Source of the DNA: Patescibacteria group bacterium
Lineage (GTDB): Bacteria > Patescibacteriota > Gracilibacteria > UBA1369 > JAHKBB01
Direction: 5' to 3'
DNA: 56,233 nt
Assembly (NCBI GenBank): GCA_043820285.1
Contig: JBDRDX010000047.1
Span: 1-56,233, forward strand
Under the pieces are notes generated by a model. It was not told the DNA's origin. It searched no databases and saw only the letters and a program-made list of their open reading frames with translations. Both the position numbers and the translations under genes were made by a program. Positions 1 through 9,561 of this stretch are shown piece after piece. Position 1 is the first letter of the stretch; every line of letters starts with the position of its first letter.

Positions 1-159
1 AAGCCTTGTTTTAAAGACGGGGTTGGTGCGATTGTAAACAGCAGTCGCGGAATTACATTTGCATACGAAAAAATGGATGGTTTTGACGAAAAGACATATG
101 CGGAAGCGGCACGAAAGGCTGTTTTAATGATGAAAGAAGACCTTGCGGGTGTTCTCTAA
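1..159 (+). CDS. pyrF: 3' end of orotidine-5'-phosphate decarboxylase (subfamily 2), partial
   Basis: Frame +1 translation KPCFKDGVGAIVNSSRGITFAY...AEAARKAV...* contains the GAIVNSSRGI motif typical of the PyrF type 2 C-terminus; TAA at 157-159. Confidence 0.8.
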   Translation, partial: KPCFKDGVGAIVNSSRGITFAYEKMDGFDEKTYAEAARKAVLMMKEDLAGVL

Positions 160-192
160 AGGGAGTACCATGCACTCCTGTAATTTTTTTGT

Positions 193-2289
193 ATGTCCGA
201 GCGTATCGATATACGAGAAGTTTGCGATGTGAGTCCGTTCTTTGCCGAGTGGGCGCAAGCTTGTGAAAAGAAAAGAGTTGAAAGGGATGAATACTTGATT
301 AATCCTCCCAGAAATTCAGATCTTTGGATAAAGAGGCTGCTTTTGGAAAAAGCTTTGAAACCCATTGCGGCCAAGGACAAAAATGACGAAGTCAATATTT
401 TGGAATCCAAGGGGGCGAATATGGAGGTTTATGACTTTATGCCTGACCAGCTCTATTATTTATTGGTGGATTTATTTCAGGAGAGATATGGGATGGTGCC
501 TTCGAGTAATGTAGATATAATATTTACGTGTTGGGCTCAATGGATTTCAGAAAGATATGTATTTAAGGTAGGGAATACTCGCGACTATGTTGTGAGGTTT
601 GGAAGTGAGCCTAACACTTTTCCTCGAGATCATATGGAGGAAGGGTTTGCCCCCTTAGGATTTCCGGTTAAAAATACGGAGAAGAGGGTTGCTAAAAATG
701 CGCGCGAAGTTGCAAGAGCCAACGCTTGGACCGGAAATGAAAAGAAGACGCCTATAACGGGGCCAACCGTCATTGATGAAATAAGGAGATTGATAGCGAG
801 TCCTCGGAGGTACTCTCCCGCCGAAACATCCGCACATTTTGTTAGAGATGACGGAGCCAGGGAAGGTCAAAATATTGAAACTATTTACAACGACAGAAGC
901 GAGGATGGGGAAATGGGTGGGAGTTTTGATTATTCCGATTATTGTGAATGGAATGAAAGAATGCGCTCCTTCGACGAGAATGTGTCCGGAGGGGATTTAG
1001 AGCCGTTTTTTGAGGCTCTGATGACTATTGGCTTTCATGATTCTGTTCGAAAAATTTTCGGCTATGGGAAACACACGACTCGTAATTATGAGCAGGCTCT
1101 AGGTATTATCAAGGAATTATGTGAAGATCATAAAGACGAGTCGTTTATGATTCCGGAACAAACCACTTTCGGGTATGATCCCAGGGTTTCCGGAGAAGAG
1201 TGGGGGACGACAATCAAGGGGAATGGACTTGCGGCCGACGTTTTTCGGGTCAATTTGTTGAAATATCTGCCCGATGGTTTAAGGTACATCTTTCGTGATG
1301 AAAGTGTGATGCGTGAATTTTCGCATAAGATTATGGAGCATTGGCATAGAGTTCCTGATTATGAAGTGGAGCAGGAAACGTCTGTGTTCAGTATGGCGAT
1401 GGTGAAGTTTGTGGTAAAAGCGGCGTATTTGTATTTTTTGAAGCCCGGAAGTGACCGACGTGAGGATTTTGATAAAGATGAAGATTTGTCTAAGTTTTTT
1501 GAGTGTTTGACCGAGAGGCAGAGGGGGGAATTGCAGAAAGCCGTTACTTTCGCGTTGTTCGGATATCTTGATTATACAAGACGGGGTATATGCAAGCCTT
1601 ATCAGCGTTTGGAAAAGACTCAGGTAAAAACTCAGGATAGGTTGGATTATAACGGTGATGGTTGGAAGGCCAGGGAGGGCCCGATGTCTATTGCTAAGCT
1701 TGTCAATGAGCGGAAAGGTCTTTTGGATAAGTATCCTGAAATTGCCGAGAAATTAGTTGTGTATTTCTTTCAGCTTTACAGATTTTATCAGGATACGGGA
1801 TATGTTTTGGATATGAGGTCCGAGAATGTGGTTAAATATGCTTTTGGTTTTGGAGAATGGGCTGTGCAGACGGAAAACCTTCAGATTACTATATTTGAGA
1901 ATGAGCGGGGTGAGACATATGTGAAAGTTGTTAATGTTGATCCTGAAGATCATTTTAGAGCTACTCCGAAAACCGAATGGGAAAGAGATTCTCGCGAGGG
2001 CCTCGCGACATATGGCTTGAATTTGACCGGTCCGATTGGATACAGGGCGCTTCTAAAAGCCATTGCCAGGTTTGTCGATCACGTCGCTGATAATAGGGGG
2101 ATTGTTGGGGAGAAAGAGCGGTGGAGTTTGCTGGAGCGGCTTGCGCAGCTTACACAGGATTTGCTTCGGGAAAGCAAGGCCACTACCGAGCAGGGAATCG
2201 AATTGTCCAGAATAAGTACGAGAGATCAAGTGTCAAAAGTCCTGAGGGGTTTAAGAAGAGTTGTCCAATCTGTGATAGACAAGGCCTGA
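193..2289 (+). CDS. hypothetical protein (698 aa)
   Basis: Long ORF with no recognised family motif; the only long plus-strand gene; 3' end overlaps rsmA convergently. Confidence 0.75.
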   Translation: MSERIDIREVCDVSPFFAEWAQACEKKRVERDEYLINPPRNSDLWIKRLLLEKALKPIAAKDKNDEVNILESKGANMEVYDFMPDQLYYLLVDLFQERYGMVPSSNVDIIFTCWAQWISERYVFKVGNTRDYVVRFGSEPNTFPRDHMEEGFAPLGFPVKNTEKRVAKNAREVARANAWTGNEKKTPITGPTVIDEIRRLIASPRRYSPAETSAHFVRDDGAREGQNIETIYNDRSEDGEMGGSFDYSDYCEWNERMRSFDENVSGGDLEPFFEALMTIGFHDSVRKIFGYGKHTTRNYEQALGIIKELCEDHKDESFMIPEQTTFGYDPRVSGEEWGTTIKGNGLAADVFRVNLLKYLPDGLRYIFRDESVMREFSHKIMEHWHRVPDYEVEQETSVFSMAMVKFVVKAAYLYFLKPGSDRREDFDKDEDLSKFFECLTERQRGELQKAVTFALFGYLDYTRRGICKPYQRLEKTQVKTQDRLDYNGDGWKAREGPMSIAKLVNERKGLLDKYPEIAEKLVVYFFQLYRFYQDTGYVLDMRSENVVKYAFGFGEWAVQTENLQITIFENERGETYVKVVNVDPEDHFRATPKTEWERDSREGLATYGLNLTGPIGYRALLKAIARFVDHVADNRGIVGEKERWSLLERLAQLTQDLLRESKATTEQGIELSRISTRDQVSKVLRGLRRVVQSVIDKA

Positions 2290-3032
2290 GCCCTTTTATC
2301 TTTATACTTGCCCAGGATTCCTTCCAGTTCTTTCGTTGGAATTTTGAGCGAGCTCGAAAGCGAGTTTATCAGCTTCTTTCTTTTTTGTGAGAATCCGGCC
2401 TTGACGATTTTTATGAAATTTTCAAAGTCTTCTACCAGCGGTTTTTCGAAAACTTTGATTTCGAGTATTGCGGAGTCTACTTTTGGGGCCGGGTGGAATG
2501 AGCCGGGTGAGACTTTCGCGACTATGCGTGGTTTGCCGAAGATTTGTACGTTTATTGCGAGTACATTTAGATTGCCTTCCTTTGCGCAGATTTTTTCCGC
2601 GACTTCTTTTTGTACAAGGAATACGATTTTTTCCGGCCTTTTTTTGGCCGTGAGGAAATGGGTTAGCAGAGGGGAAGTGATGTTGTATGGAATGTTCGCG
2701 ATTACTTTGTATTTTGTGGCTGGAGGTGTGAATTTCAACGCGTCCATATGGACGATCTTCGCTTTTTTGAGATGTTCTTTGAGGATTGGGATTAAATATT
2801 TGTCTGCTTCGATTGCCGTGACGCGTTTCGCGTATTTTTCGAGTTCGAGAGTTAGTGTCCCAAGGCCCGGGCCGACTTCTATCACGTGATCAGTCTTTTT
2901 TATTTCTCCTGTTTTAATTATTTTTTCCAGTATTCCGCGATTTGTCAAAAAGTTCTGGCCGAATCTTTTCTTTGCCCAAAGATTGTGCTTTTTCAGAACC
3001 TCCGTGAGTGTGCTTCTATTTGTTAGATCCAT
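2226..3032 (-). CDS. rsmA: 16S rRNA (adenine-N6,N6)-dimethyltransferase
   Basis: KKRFGQNFL, VIEVGPGLGTLT, ANIPYNIT, QKEVA and FHPAPKVDSA motifs. Confidence 0.97.
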   Translation of the reverse strand: MDLTNRSTLTEVLKKHNLWAKKRFGQNFLTNRGILEKIIKTGEIKKTDHVIEVGPGLGTLTLELEKYAKRVTAIEADKYLIPILKEHLKKAKIVHMDALKFTPPATKYKVIANIPYNITSPLLTHFLTAKKRPEKIVFLVQKEVAEKICAKEGNLNVLAINVQIFGKPRIVAKVSPGSFHPAPKVDSAILEIKVFEKPLVEDFENFIKIVKAGFSQKRKKLINSLSSSLKIPTKELEGILGKYKDKRAQALSITDWTTLLKPLRTFDT

Positions 3033-3258
3033 AAATTCGGATGAGTTTTAGCTGGTCGGCCGCCCCGCTTATTATCGCGATGTTGGTTTTCGGAATCCTC
3101 AATTCTTTTGAAAGGAATTTTATTAATTCTGCGTTTGCTTTCCCTCGTTCCGGCACTGCTTTTATACGGATTTTCAGTGTGCCGTCTTCGAGTTTTTCGA
3201 CGATTTCGTTTTTCTGACTTTTTGGAATGACTTTCACGCGCAAATATTTTTCAGGCAT
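3016..3258 (-). CDS. DUF167 (YggU/UPF0235) family protein
   Basis: VKVIPKS...LKIRIKAVPERGKANAELIKFLSK...IISG pattern. Confidence 0.9.
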   Translation of the reverse strand: MPEKYLRVKVIPKSQKNEIVEKLEDGTLKIRIKAVPERGKANAELIKFLSKELRIPKTNIAIISGAADQLKLIRIYGSNK

Positions 3259-5845
3259 AGCTTCTTCTTACAAAAAGTTTTCTTGTTTCTTCAGCTACTA
3301 ATACGAATAGCGATGCTACAACTATTACTCCCCATTCTTTGAGTGAAAGTGATGTTGTGCGGAGGAATTCCTGAAGGAATGGAACTTCCACAAATGCTAC
3401 CGTGAGGATTATCGAGATTATTATTGCTCCTACGAGTTTATAGTTTCTTTTCATTCCAGGCTTGAATACTGATCTTGTTTCACTGCGCGCGTTAAACGCA
3501 TTAATCATTTGGATGATTACGAGGATCACAAATGCCATTGTAGACGCCTTTACGTATACAAGTGAGTCTGAACTTAGGCTTTGGCCCCACTGCCATCCAT
3601 TGGACGTGAGTGTCCATATGAATGTTCCTATTACTACTATACCGATTGTGAGTCCGAGGAAGAGAAATCTTTTTACAAATGCGCCTTCCATGATCTTTTG
3701 CTTTTGATTGCGCGGAGGTTTATCCATTATGCCGGCTTCTACCGGATCTATGCCTAGCGCGATTGCAGGCAGCACGTCGGTGCCAAGGTCCACCGCAAGG
3801 ATCAAGACAGCCGTTAGGGGTGCGGGGAGGCCGAGTATTATGCCAGTGAAGACCGTCAGGAGCTCACCGACATTGCATGAGAATATGTAGAATACGAATT
3901 TCTTTAGGTTGCTGTATATTTTGCGTCCTTCCTCTATTGCTGTGACTATTGTGGAGTAGCTGTCATCCGCCAGCACCATGTTAGCGGCCTCCCTGCTCAC
4001 GTCTGTGCCTGTTATGCCCATTGCTATGCCTATGTCGGACCTCTTGAGGGCCGGAGCATCGTTTACGCCGTCTCCGGTGACTGCAACAATCTCTCCGAGT
4101 TCTTTCAAGCACTCTACTATGCGAAGTTTGTGCTCCGGCTTGCTCCGGGCGAAAATGATGCTTCTTCCTTTGTCTTTGAGGAGTTTCTTGAGGTCGCGCT
4201 TAGATATTTTTTCAAACTCATCACCCGTAATTATTCTCGTTTTATTGTCCGCAAGGCCGATTTCTTTAGCTATGGCGTGAGCTGTCAGTCCGTGATCTCC
4301 TGTTACTATATATGTGCGAATTCCGGCTTTTTTGGCCATTTCGATAGCGTGTTTGACTTCCGGGCGTGGTGGATCAATCATTCCAGCGAGTCCGATAAAG
4401 GTGAGATTCTCTTCCAGTTCATCTTTTGAATACTTTTTCTTTTGTTTTTCTATATCTTTGTACGCAAAAGCCAAGACCCTAAGGGCTCTTTTAGCCATTT
4501 CTTCGTTTTTTGCGATTAATTCTTTCTTGGTTTTTGCATCCAGCTTTTTCTTTTTCCCATTGACGAGGATGTATTTACATTCTTCTATTACGCTATCTGG
4601 CGCGCCTTTTACTAATGAAATATATTTATTGCCTTCCTTTACTACTACAGACATTTTTTTGCGGATAGAGTCAAATGGGATTTCGTAGATCCTTTTGTCG
4701 GTTTTCTCCAGCGCCTCTTCTTTGAATCCAAGTTTTTCAATTGCAATCTTTAGCGCCCCTTCTGTCGGATCTCCCAGAACTTTCCATTTCTTTCTTTGTT
4801 TTTGAACCTTGGAATCGTTGCAGAGCATTCCGATTTTCGCTATGAGCAATAGACTTCTTTTATTGAAATTAGTCTTTTTGTTCATATCTATTACAAAATC
4901 CGGACTATATATTTCTTCCACTGTCATTCTGTTTTGCGTCAAAGTTCCGGTTTTGTCCGAACAAATCACAGTTGTTGCTCCAAGTGTCTCTACGGACGAA
5001 AGCTGTTTTACTATAGCTTTCTTTTCCGCCAGTCTTTGGACTCCAAGCGCGAGGGCTATTGTTATTGTTGCCGGTAATCCTTCCGGCACCGCCGCTACCG
5101 CTACCGCCGCCGCAAAAAGCAGGGCGTGTACAAATGGTTGTCCTTGGAAAAATACACCAACGAGTAATAACACTCCGGAGATTACCAGCGTTGTCTTTCC
5201 CACAAAAATTCCTATTTTGTTCAATTCCTTTTGAAGCGGGCTTTCATCCTTCTTTGTTGTTGTCGTTAAGTGTGCGATCTTTCCAAATCGTGTGTTCATT
5301 CCTGTTTCTTCTATGATTGCTTTGCCTGTTCCGTGTACAACATTGGTTCCCATGTACAATTTGTGCTCCGGATCCTTTACAACCGGCATAGATTCGCCTG
5401 TCAATGTGGATTCATCTGTTTCCAGTTCGTTTTCCTCCACCACATACGCGTCTGCGCCAATGCTGTCTCCCTCTGCGAGTACGATTAGGTCACCCGGAAC
5501 CAGGAATCTTGCTTCAATGTCTTTGACTTTCCCATCTCTTATTACTTTTGCGTGTGGAGCGACCATCTTTTTTAATGCTTCCACCGCTCTTTCCGCCCGG
5601 AATTTTTGGACGAACCCGATTACCGCGTTTAGAATTACGATGAACATAATCACGCTTCCGTCTTGCCATTCTCCCGCGAGTAACGAGAAGACAGATGCGG
5701 CTATAAGGATTATGACCATTATGTCTTTAAACTCGTCGAAGAACTGCAAAATCAGTGATCTGTGTCTTTTTATTTCCAATTTGTTTTCACCGTATTTTTT
5801 TAGCCTTAATCCGGCTTCGTGTTCTGTTAATCCTGTTAGATCCAT
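3251..5845 (-). CDS. cation-translocating P-type ATPase (P2A, Ca2+-type)
   Basis: TGES, PEGLP, DKTGT, KGAP and TGDGVNDAPAL motifs; multiple TM helices. Confidence 0.95.
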   Translation of the reverse strand: MDLTGLTEHEAGLRLKKYGENKLEIKRHRSLILQFFDEFKDIMVIILIAASVFSLLAGEWQDGSVIMFIVILNAVIGFVQKFRAERAVEALKKMVAPHAKVIRDGKVKDIEARFLVPGDLIVLAEGDSIGADAYVVEENELETDESTLTGESMPVVKDPEHKLYMGTNVVHGTGKAIIEETGMNTRFGKIAHLTTTTKKDESPLQKELNKIGIFVGKTTLVISGVLLLVGVFFQGQPFVHALLFAAAVAVAAVPEGLPATITIALALGVQRLAEKKAIVKQLSSVETLGATTVICSDKTGTLTQNRMTVEEIYSPDFVIDMNKKTNFNKRSLLLIAKIGMLCNDSKVQKQRKKWKVLGDPTEGALKIAIEKLGFKEEALEKTDKRIYEIPFDSIRKKMSVVVKEGNKYISLVKGAPDSVIEECKYILVNGKKKKLDAKTKKELIAKNEEMAKRALRVLAFAYKDIEKQKKKYSKDELEENLTFIGLAGMIDPPRPEVKHAIEMAKKAGIRTYIVTGDHGLTAHAIAKEIGLADNKTRIITGDEFEKISKRDLKKLLKDKGRSIIFARSKPEHKLRIVECLKELGEIVAVTGDGVNDAPALKRSDIGIAMGITGTDVSREAANMVLADDSYSTIVTAIEEGRKIYSNLKKFVFYIFSCNVGELLTVFTGIILGLPAPLTAVLILAVDLGTDVLPAIALGIDPVEAGIMDKPPRNQKQKIMEGAFVKRFLFLGLTIGIVVIGTFIWTLTSNGWQWGQSLSSDSLVYVKASTMAFVILVIIQMINAFNARSETRSVFKPGMKRNYKLVGAIIISIILTVAFVEVPFLQEFLRTTSLSLKEWGVIVVASLFVLVAEETRKLFVRRSYA

Positions 5846-5849
5846 TTTT

Positions 5850-6494
5850 CTATTTTAAATGTTTTTTTCGCCATTTTTCTATCTCTGCGTGGTTTCCGGA
5901 CCTCAAAACTTCCGGTACCGTAAGCCCTTTGAATTTTACCGGCCTTGTGTAATGCGGGTATTCTTTTTTTCTCTTTAGTTTTTTTGAAAATGATTCTTCT
6001 TTGGAGGACTCATTGTCTCCCAAAACTCCGTTGATGAGTCTCGAAACCGCATCTACCACCACCATTGCAGGTAATTCTCCTCCTGTTAGTACAAATTTCC
6101 CAATAGAAAGCTCCATATCGATAAAAAGTTCTCGAATTCTTTGGTCAATTCCCTCATATCGTCCGCACAAAAGGATCATTTCTTTAAGTTTTGCAAACTT
6201 TTCAGCTTTTATCTGCGAAAACGTCTCGCCTTGCGGCGTCAGATACACTGTGGGGCCTTTATTTTTCTTTTTCACGGCTTTTATTGCGTCGTAGAGCGGC
6301 TGGGGGGTCATCACCATGCCCGGGCCGCCTCCGTACGGTATGTCGTCTGTCTTTCCGTGCTTGTCTTTAGTGTATTTTCTTATGTCGTGTACGTGGATTT
6401 CGATGAATTTCTCCTTAATAGCACGTTTAATAATACTTTCCTTAAAGTATGAGTCGAAAATCTCCGGAAAAATTGTAAGTATATCAAATCGCAT
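5850..6494 (-). CDS. trmD: tRNA (guanine37-N1)-methyltransferase
   Basis: MRFDILTIFPE, DDIPYGGGPGMVM, CGRYEGIDQR, VLTGGELPA motifs; ATG at 6494 preferred over GTG at 6500. Confidence 0.97.
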   Translation of the reverse strand: MRFDILTIFPEIFDSYFKESIIKRAIKEKFIEIHVHDIRKYTKDKHGKTDDIPYGGGPGMVMTPQPLYDAIKAVKKKNKGPTVYLTPQGETFSQIKAEKFAKLKEMILLCGRYEGIDQRIRELFIDMELSIGKFVLTGGELPAMVVVDAVSRLINGVLGDNESSKEESFSKKLKRKKEYPHYTRPVKFKGLTVPEVLRSGNHAEIEKWRKKHLK

Positions 6495-6503
6495 ATCCAC
6501 TCT

Positions 6504-6532
6504 ATTATAGATAACGTTCGGGGATATGGGAA
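6504..6532 (-). promoter_or_regulatory. putative sigma70 promoter for trmD (near-leaderless)
   Basis: Minus strand TTCCCA-17nt-TATAAT, 9 nt upstream of the ATG. Confidence 0.45.
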
Positions 6533-6569
6533 GAGAGAGCGTGGGTATGCCCGTCAGGTTTTTGACAAC

Positions 6570-6983
6570 CTAACGCTTACACCATTGTGGTGCGCGTCTA
6601 GCACGTTTAAGGCCGAATTTCTTTCTTTCTTTGATGCGTGAATCACGTGTAAGCATGCCCGCGCGTTTTAGAGTTGGTCTCAATTCTAAATTATATTCGA
6701 TAAGGGCTTTTGCGATTCCATGGCGGACGGCTTCAGATTGGCTCATTTGTCCACCACCAGTGACTTTTACTGTAATATCGAAGTCTTTCAAGTGTCCTGT
6801 AAGTTTAAGAGGGGAGAGGATTGTACCTTTTTGAGTGAATACTTTGCAGTATTGCTCTATAGGTTTTTCATTGATTGTGATATCACCTTTGCCTTTTGTG
6901 TATATGCGAACTCTAGCTACGGATGTTTTTCTTTTTCCGTTAGCGTAGAAGTAAATGCTGCTTTTTGCTGTTGTTCCTGTCAT
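6570..6983 (-). CDS. rpsI: 30S ribosomal protein uS9
   Basis: GKRKTSVARV, GGG...QSEAVRHGIA, ERKKFGLKRARRAPQ. Confidence 0.98.
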   Translation of the reverse strand: MTGTTAKSSIYFYANGKRKTSVARVRIYTKGKGDITINEKPIEQYCKVFTQKGTILSPLKLTGHLKDFDITVKVTGGGQMSQSEAVRHGIAKALIEYNLELRPTLKRAGMLTRDSRIKERKKFGLKRARRAPQWCKR

Positions 6984-6987
6984 TTAA

Positions 6988-7419
6988 TTATAGTTTAATT
7001 TTCTCTGGTTTTTGGGCTTCGTGTGTGTGCTCACCCTCCGGGAACACTTTTAAATTTAAAAGTAGGTTTTTTCTTAGTTTATTTTTCGGAAGCATTCCGG
7101 ATACCGCATTTCGTACGACTTTTTCAGGATTCTTTCCTTCCAAAACGTCTGCAGCTGATCGAGATTTTAATGCTCCCGGGTATCCACTATGTCTGTAATA
7201 CATCTTTTGATCAAGTTTCCGTCCTGAAAGCTTGATGTGTTTTGCATTTACAACTACTACATAGTCACCACAGTCCAGGTGTGGAGCAAAAAGCGGCTTA
7301 TCTTTCCCTCTAAGTATGTTTGCAATACGTGTCGCCGCGTGTCCTAGTGTTTGATCTTTCATATCCACTAGATACCATTTCTTTTCAAGTTCTGATTTTT
7401 TCGGTGAAAATGTTTTCAT
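6988..7419 (-). CDS. rplM: 50S ribosomal protein uL13
   Basis: KWYLVD...LRGKDKP.FAPHLDCGDYVVVVNA, YYRHSGYPG. Confidence 0.98.
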   Translation of the reverse strand: MKTFSPKKSELEKKWYLVDMKDQTLGHAATRIANILRGKDKPLFAPHLDCGDYVVVVNAKHIKLSGRKLDQKMYYRHSGYPGALKSRSAADVLEGKNPEKVVRNAVSGMLPKNKLRKNLLLNLKVFPEGEHTHEAQKPEKIKL

Positions 7420-7434
7420 CTTATTAGTATTTTT

Positions 7435-7467
7435 GGCGCAAATTAGGACGTTGTCCCCTTTGCGCTG
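7435..7467 (-). repeat. hairpin repeat (variant C) overlapping the rplQ 3' end
   Basis: Minus strand CAGCGCAAAGGGGACAACGTCCTAATTTGCGCC; near-identical to 7837-7869. Confidence 0.85.
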
Positions 7468-7820
7468 TTAATTAATTCAATTTGTACCATCGGTGCGTTG
7501 TCTCCGGCTCTGGAACCCATGTTGTATGTCTTTGTGTATCCGGATGTTCTATCTTTATATCTTATAGCTAGGTCGTCAATTAACTTTTTTGAGCAGTCTT
7601 TATGTTGAACCAGTTTTTCAATCCGACGAATCGCATTCATTTTATCTTTTGTCTTTGCGATTGTGATCAACTTCTCAACAAACGGCTGAACCGCCTTTAC
7701 CCTTTTACTTGTAGTCTTTACCTTTTCATGGATTATAACTTGCATGGCAAGTGTTCTTAGAAGTGAAGTTCTGTGATCTTTGTCCGATCCTATTTTTATA
7801 ACTCTCTTTTGGTGTCTCAT
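7443..7820 (-). CDS. rplQ: 50S ribosomal protein bL17
   Basis: MRHQKR...HR..LLRTLA, VEKLITIAK, RYKDRTSGYT, RAGDNAPM. Confidence 0.97.
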   Translation of the reverse strand: MRHQKRVIKIGSDKDHRTSLLRTLAMQVIIHEKVKTTSKRVKAVQPFVEKLITIAKTKDKMNAIRRIEKLVQHKDCSKKLIDDLAIRYKDRTSGYTKTYNMGSRAGDNAPMVQIELINSAKGTTS

Positions 7821-7836
7821 AGTTTTTAGTAATTTA

Positions 7837-7869
7837 GGCGCAAATTAGGACGTTGTCCTCTTTGCGCTA
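7837..7869 (-). repeat. hairpin repeat (variant C) starting at the rpoA stop codon
   Basis: Minus strand TAGCGCAAAGAGGACAACGTCCTAATTTGCGCC; stems GCGCAAA/TTTGCGC and AGGAC/GTCCT. Confidence 0.85.
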
Positions 7870-8841
7870 TTCTTCAGATAGGGTTAGTCCTTTAGATTCC
7901 AGTGCGTTTGCAACTTCCGTGAGTGCTTTTTTACCAAATCCGCGCAAGTTTACAAGCTTACTTTCAGTGCATTTTGATAGTTGCTCGATAGATCCGATTC
8001 CTCCATTGATCAATGCGTTTAGTGTCCTTGGAGAGAATCCAAGGATTTCTATTGGAGTGTAAGCTTCTTGTGTTGGTTTCTTTGATTCTTCTTCTTGTTC
8101 TTTCTCAACAATTGAATCGAAGTCACTCATGAAGTCGCTTTCAACCATTACTTTTTCTTCGTTGAATAGTCCGAAGTATGATTGAAGTACGTTTGAAGCA
8201 AATTTCAATGTGTCTTCTGGAGAAATCGAACCGTCCGTCATGATTTCAAGCGTCAATTTATCCAGATTTGTCATTTCTCCGACACGAGTTGCCTCTACTT
8301 CGTATCTAACTTTCTTAACCGGCGAGAACACAGCGTTGATTGAAATTAGACTTGGGTCCGCTTCGTCTACCGGTTTGTGGTTTGCAGGGATAAATCCGAC
8401 TCCTTTTTCTGCAACCATTTCCATTTCAAACTTTGCTCCTTTCTCAAGTGTTGTGATGTATGCGTCCCTAGTCAAAATTTCTGTTCCCGTTGGACATTTG
8501 ATGTCCTTTGCATAAATTTTTCCCGGTTTCGCAACCGATAATGTTAGCTTTGAAGGTTCTTTAGTGTCTTTCTTTAGACTGATCTCTTTGAGGTTCAGGG
8601 TAATGTCCAGGACACTGTCTTTCACCCCTTTTACCGTGGAATATTCGTGGCTAACACCGCCTATCTTAACACCTGTTATGCATGCTCCCGGAAGAGATGA
8701 TAGCAGAACTCTTCTGAGAGCGTTTCCCAAGGTTAATCCATATCCTGTCGGCAGCGGACTCATTGTAAATACGTAGTGACTGTCTGATATCTTCTCAGTT
8801 TTGATTCTTGGGACACCTATTTCTTCTTGAATTTGATGCAT
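7867..8841 (-). CDS. rpoA: DNA-directed RNA polymerase subunit alpha
   Basis: GYGLTLGNALRRVLLSSLPG, HEYSTVKGVKD, FSPVKKV, alpha-CTD RTLNAL. Confidence 0.98.
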   Translation of the reverse strand: MHQIQEEIGVPRIKTEKISDSHYVFTMSPLPTGYGLTLGNALRRVLLSSLPGACITGVKIGGVSHEYSTVKGVKDSVLDITLNLKEISLKKDTKEPSKLTLSVAKPGKIYAKDIKCPTGTEILTRDAYITTLEKGAKFEMEMVAEKGVGFIPANHKPVDEADPSLISINAVFSPVKKVRYEVEATRVGEMTNLDKLTLEIMTDGSISPEDTLKFASNVLQSYFGLFNEEKVMVESDFMSDFDSIVEKEQEEESKKPTQEAYTPIEILGFSPRTLNALINGGIGSIEQLSKCTESKLVNLRGFGKKALTEVANALESKGLTLSEE

Positions 8842-8874
8842 GTTTTTAAATGGTTAGGTGTTTAGTTAATATTT

Positions 8875-9501
8875 TTATTTCGAATAGAATTCAACGATAA
8901 GTTGGCTTTCAATGCTTGAGTCAATATCGTCCTTGCCCGGCAGTTTTGTGACTTCCGCTTTCAGATTTGGGAGATCTACTTCAAGCCATTTTGGCGATGT
9001 GTCCTTTTTCTTCTTTAGCGGCTCAAACATTTTTGCGGATTTTGATTTCTCGACAACTTCAAATTTATCACCAACCTTTAATGTGATTGAAGGTACTGTA
9101 ACTTTTCTTCCGTTTAGTTTAACAAGTCCGTGACTGGCAAGCTGTCTTGCCATTGCTCTTGATTCTGCAAATCCTGCTCTGTACAGGACGTTGTCCAATC
9201 TTTCTTCAAGTAATTTCAGAAGTGCATCGCCTGTAATATCGTCCATTTTTTCGGCTCTTTCATAGTAAATATGGAATTGTTTTTCAGCGATGCCAAAGAT
9301 TCTTTTAGCTTTCTGTTTCTCTCTTAACTGTTTTGCGTATTCAGAAAGTTTTTTGAAAGATCTTTTTCCTCCGTGTGCTCCGGGAATGTAATTTTTTCTT
9401 ACCAGTGCGCATTTTTGTCCTTCACATCGTGCACCCTTAAGAAAGAGTTTTTCACCCTCTCTTCTGCATAGTCTGCAAACCGGTCCGGTATTTCTAGCCA
9501 T
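8875..9501 (-). CDS. rpsD: 30S ribosomal protein uS4
   Basis: MARNTGPVCRLCRREG.KLFLKG, QLREKQK, LEERLDNVLYR. Confidence 0.98.
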   Translation of the reverse strand: MARNTGPVCRLCRREGEKLFLKGARCEGQKCALVRKNYIPGAHGGKRSFKKLSEYAKQLREKQKAKRIFGIAEKQFHIYYERAEKMDDITGDALLKLLEERLDNVLYRAGFAESRAMARQLASHGLVKLNGRKVTVPSITLKVGDKFEVVEKSKSAKMFEPLKKKKDTSPKWLEVDLPNLKAEVTKLPGKDDIDSSIESQLIVEFYSK

Positions 9502-9506
9502 TACTT

Positions 9507-9541
9507 GTTGTGGATTAATTTTTTCATTGTCCTCGCCTTCG
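9507..9541 (-). repeat. 5' motif (family II) with MKKLIHNK mini-ORF (9501-9527) upstream of rpsD
   Basis: Minus strand GAAGGCGAGGACAATGAAAAAATTAATCCACAAC; one of five copies. Confidence 0.85.
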
Positions 9542-9561
9542 GTAACTCGAGGGTGTCTTTT

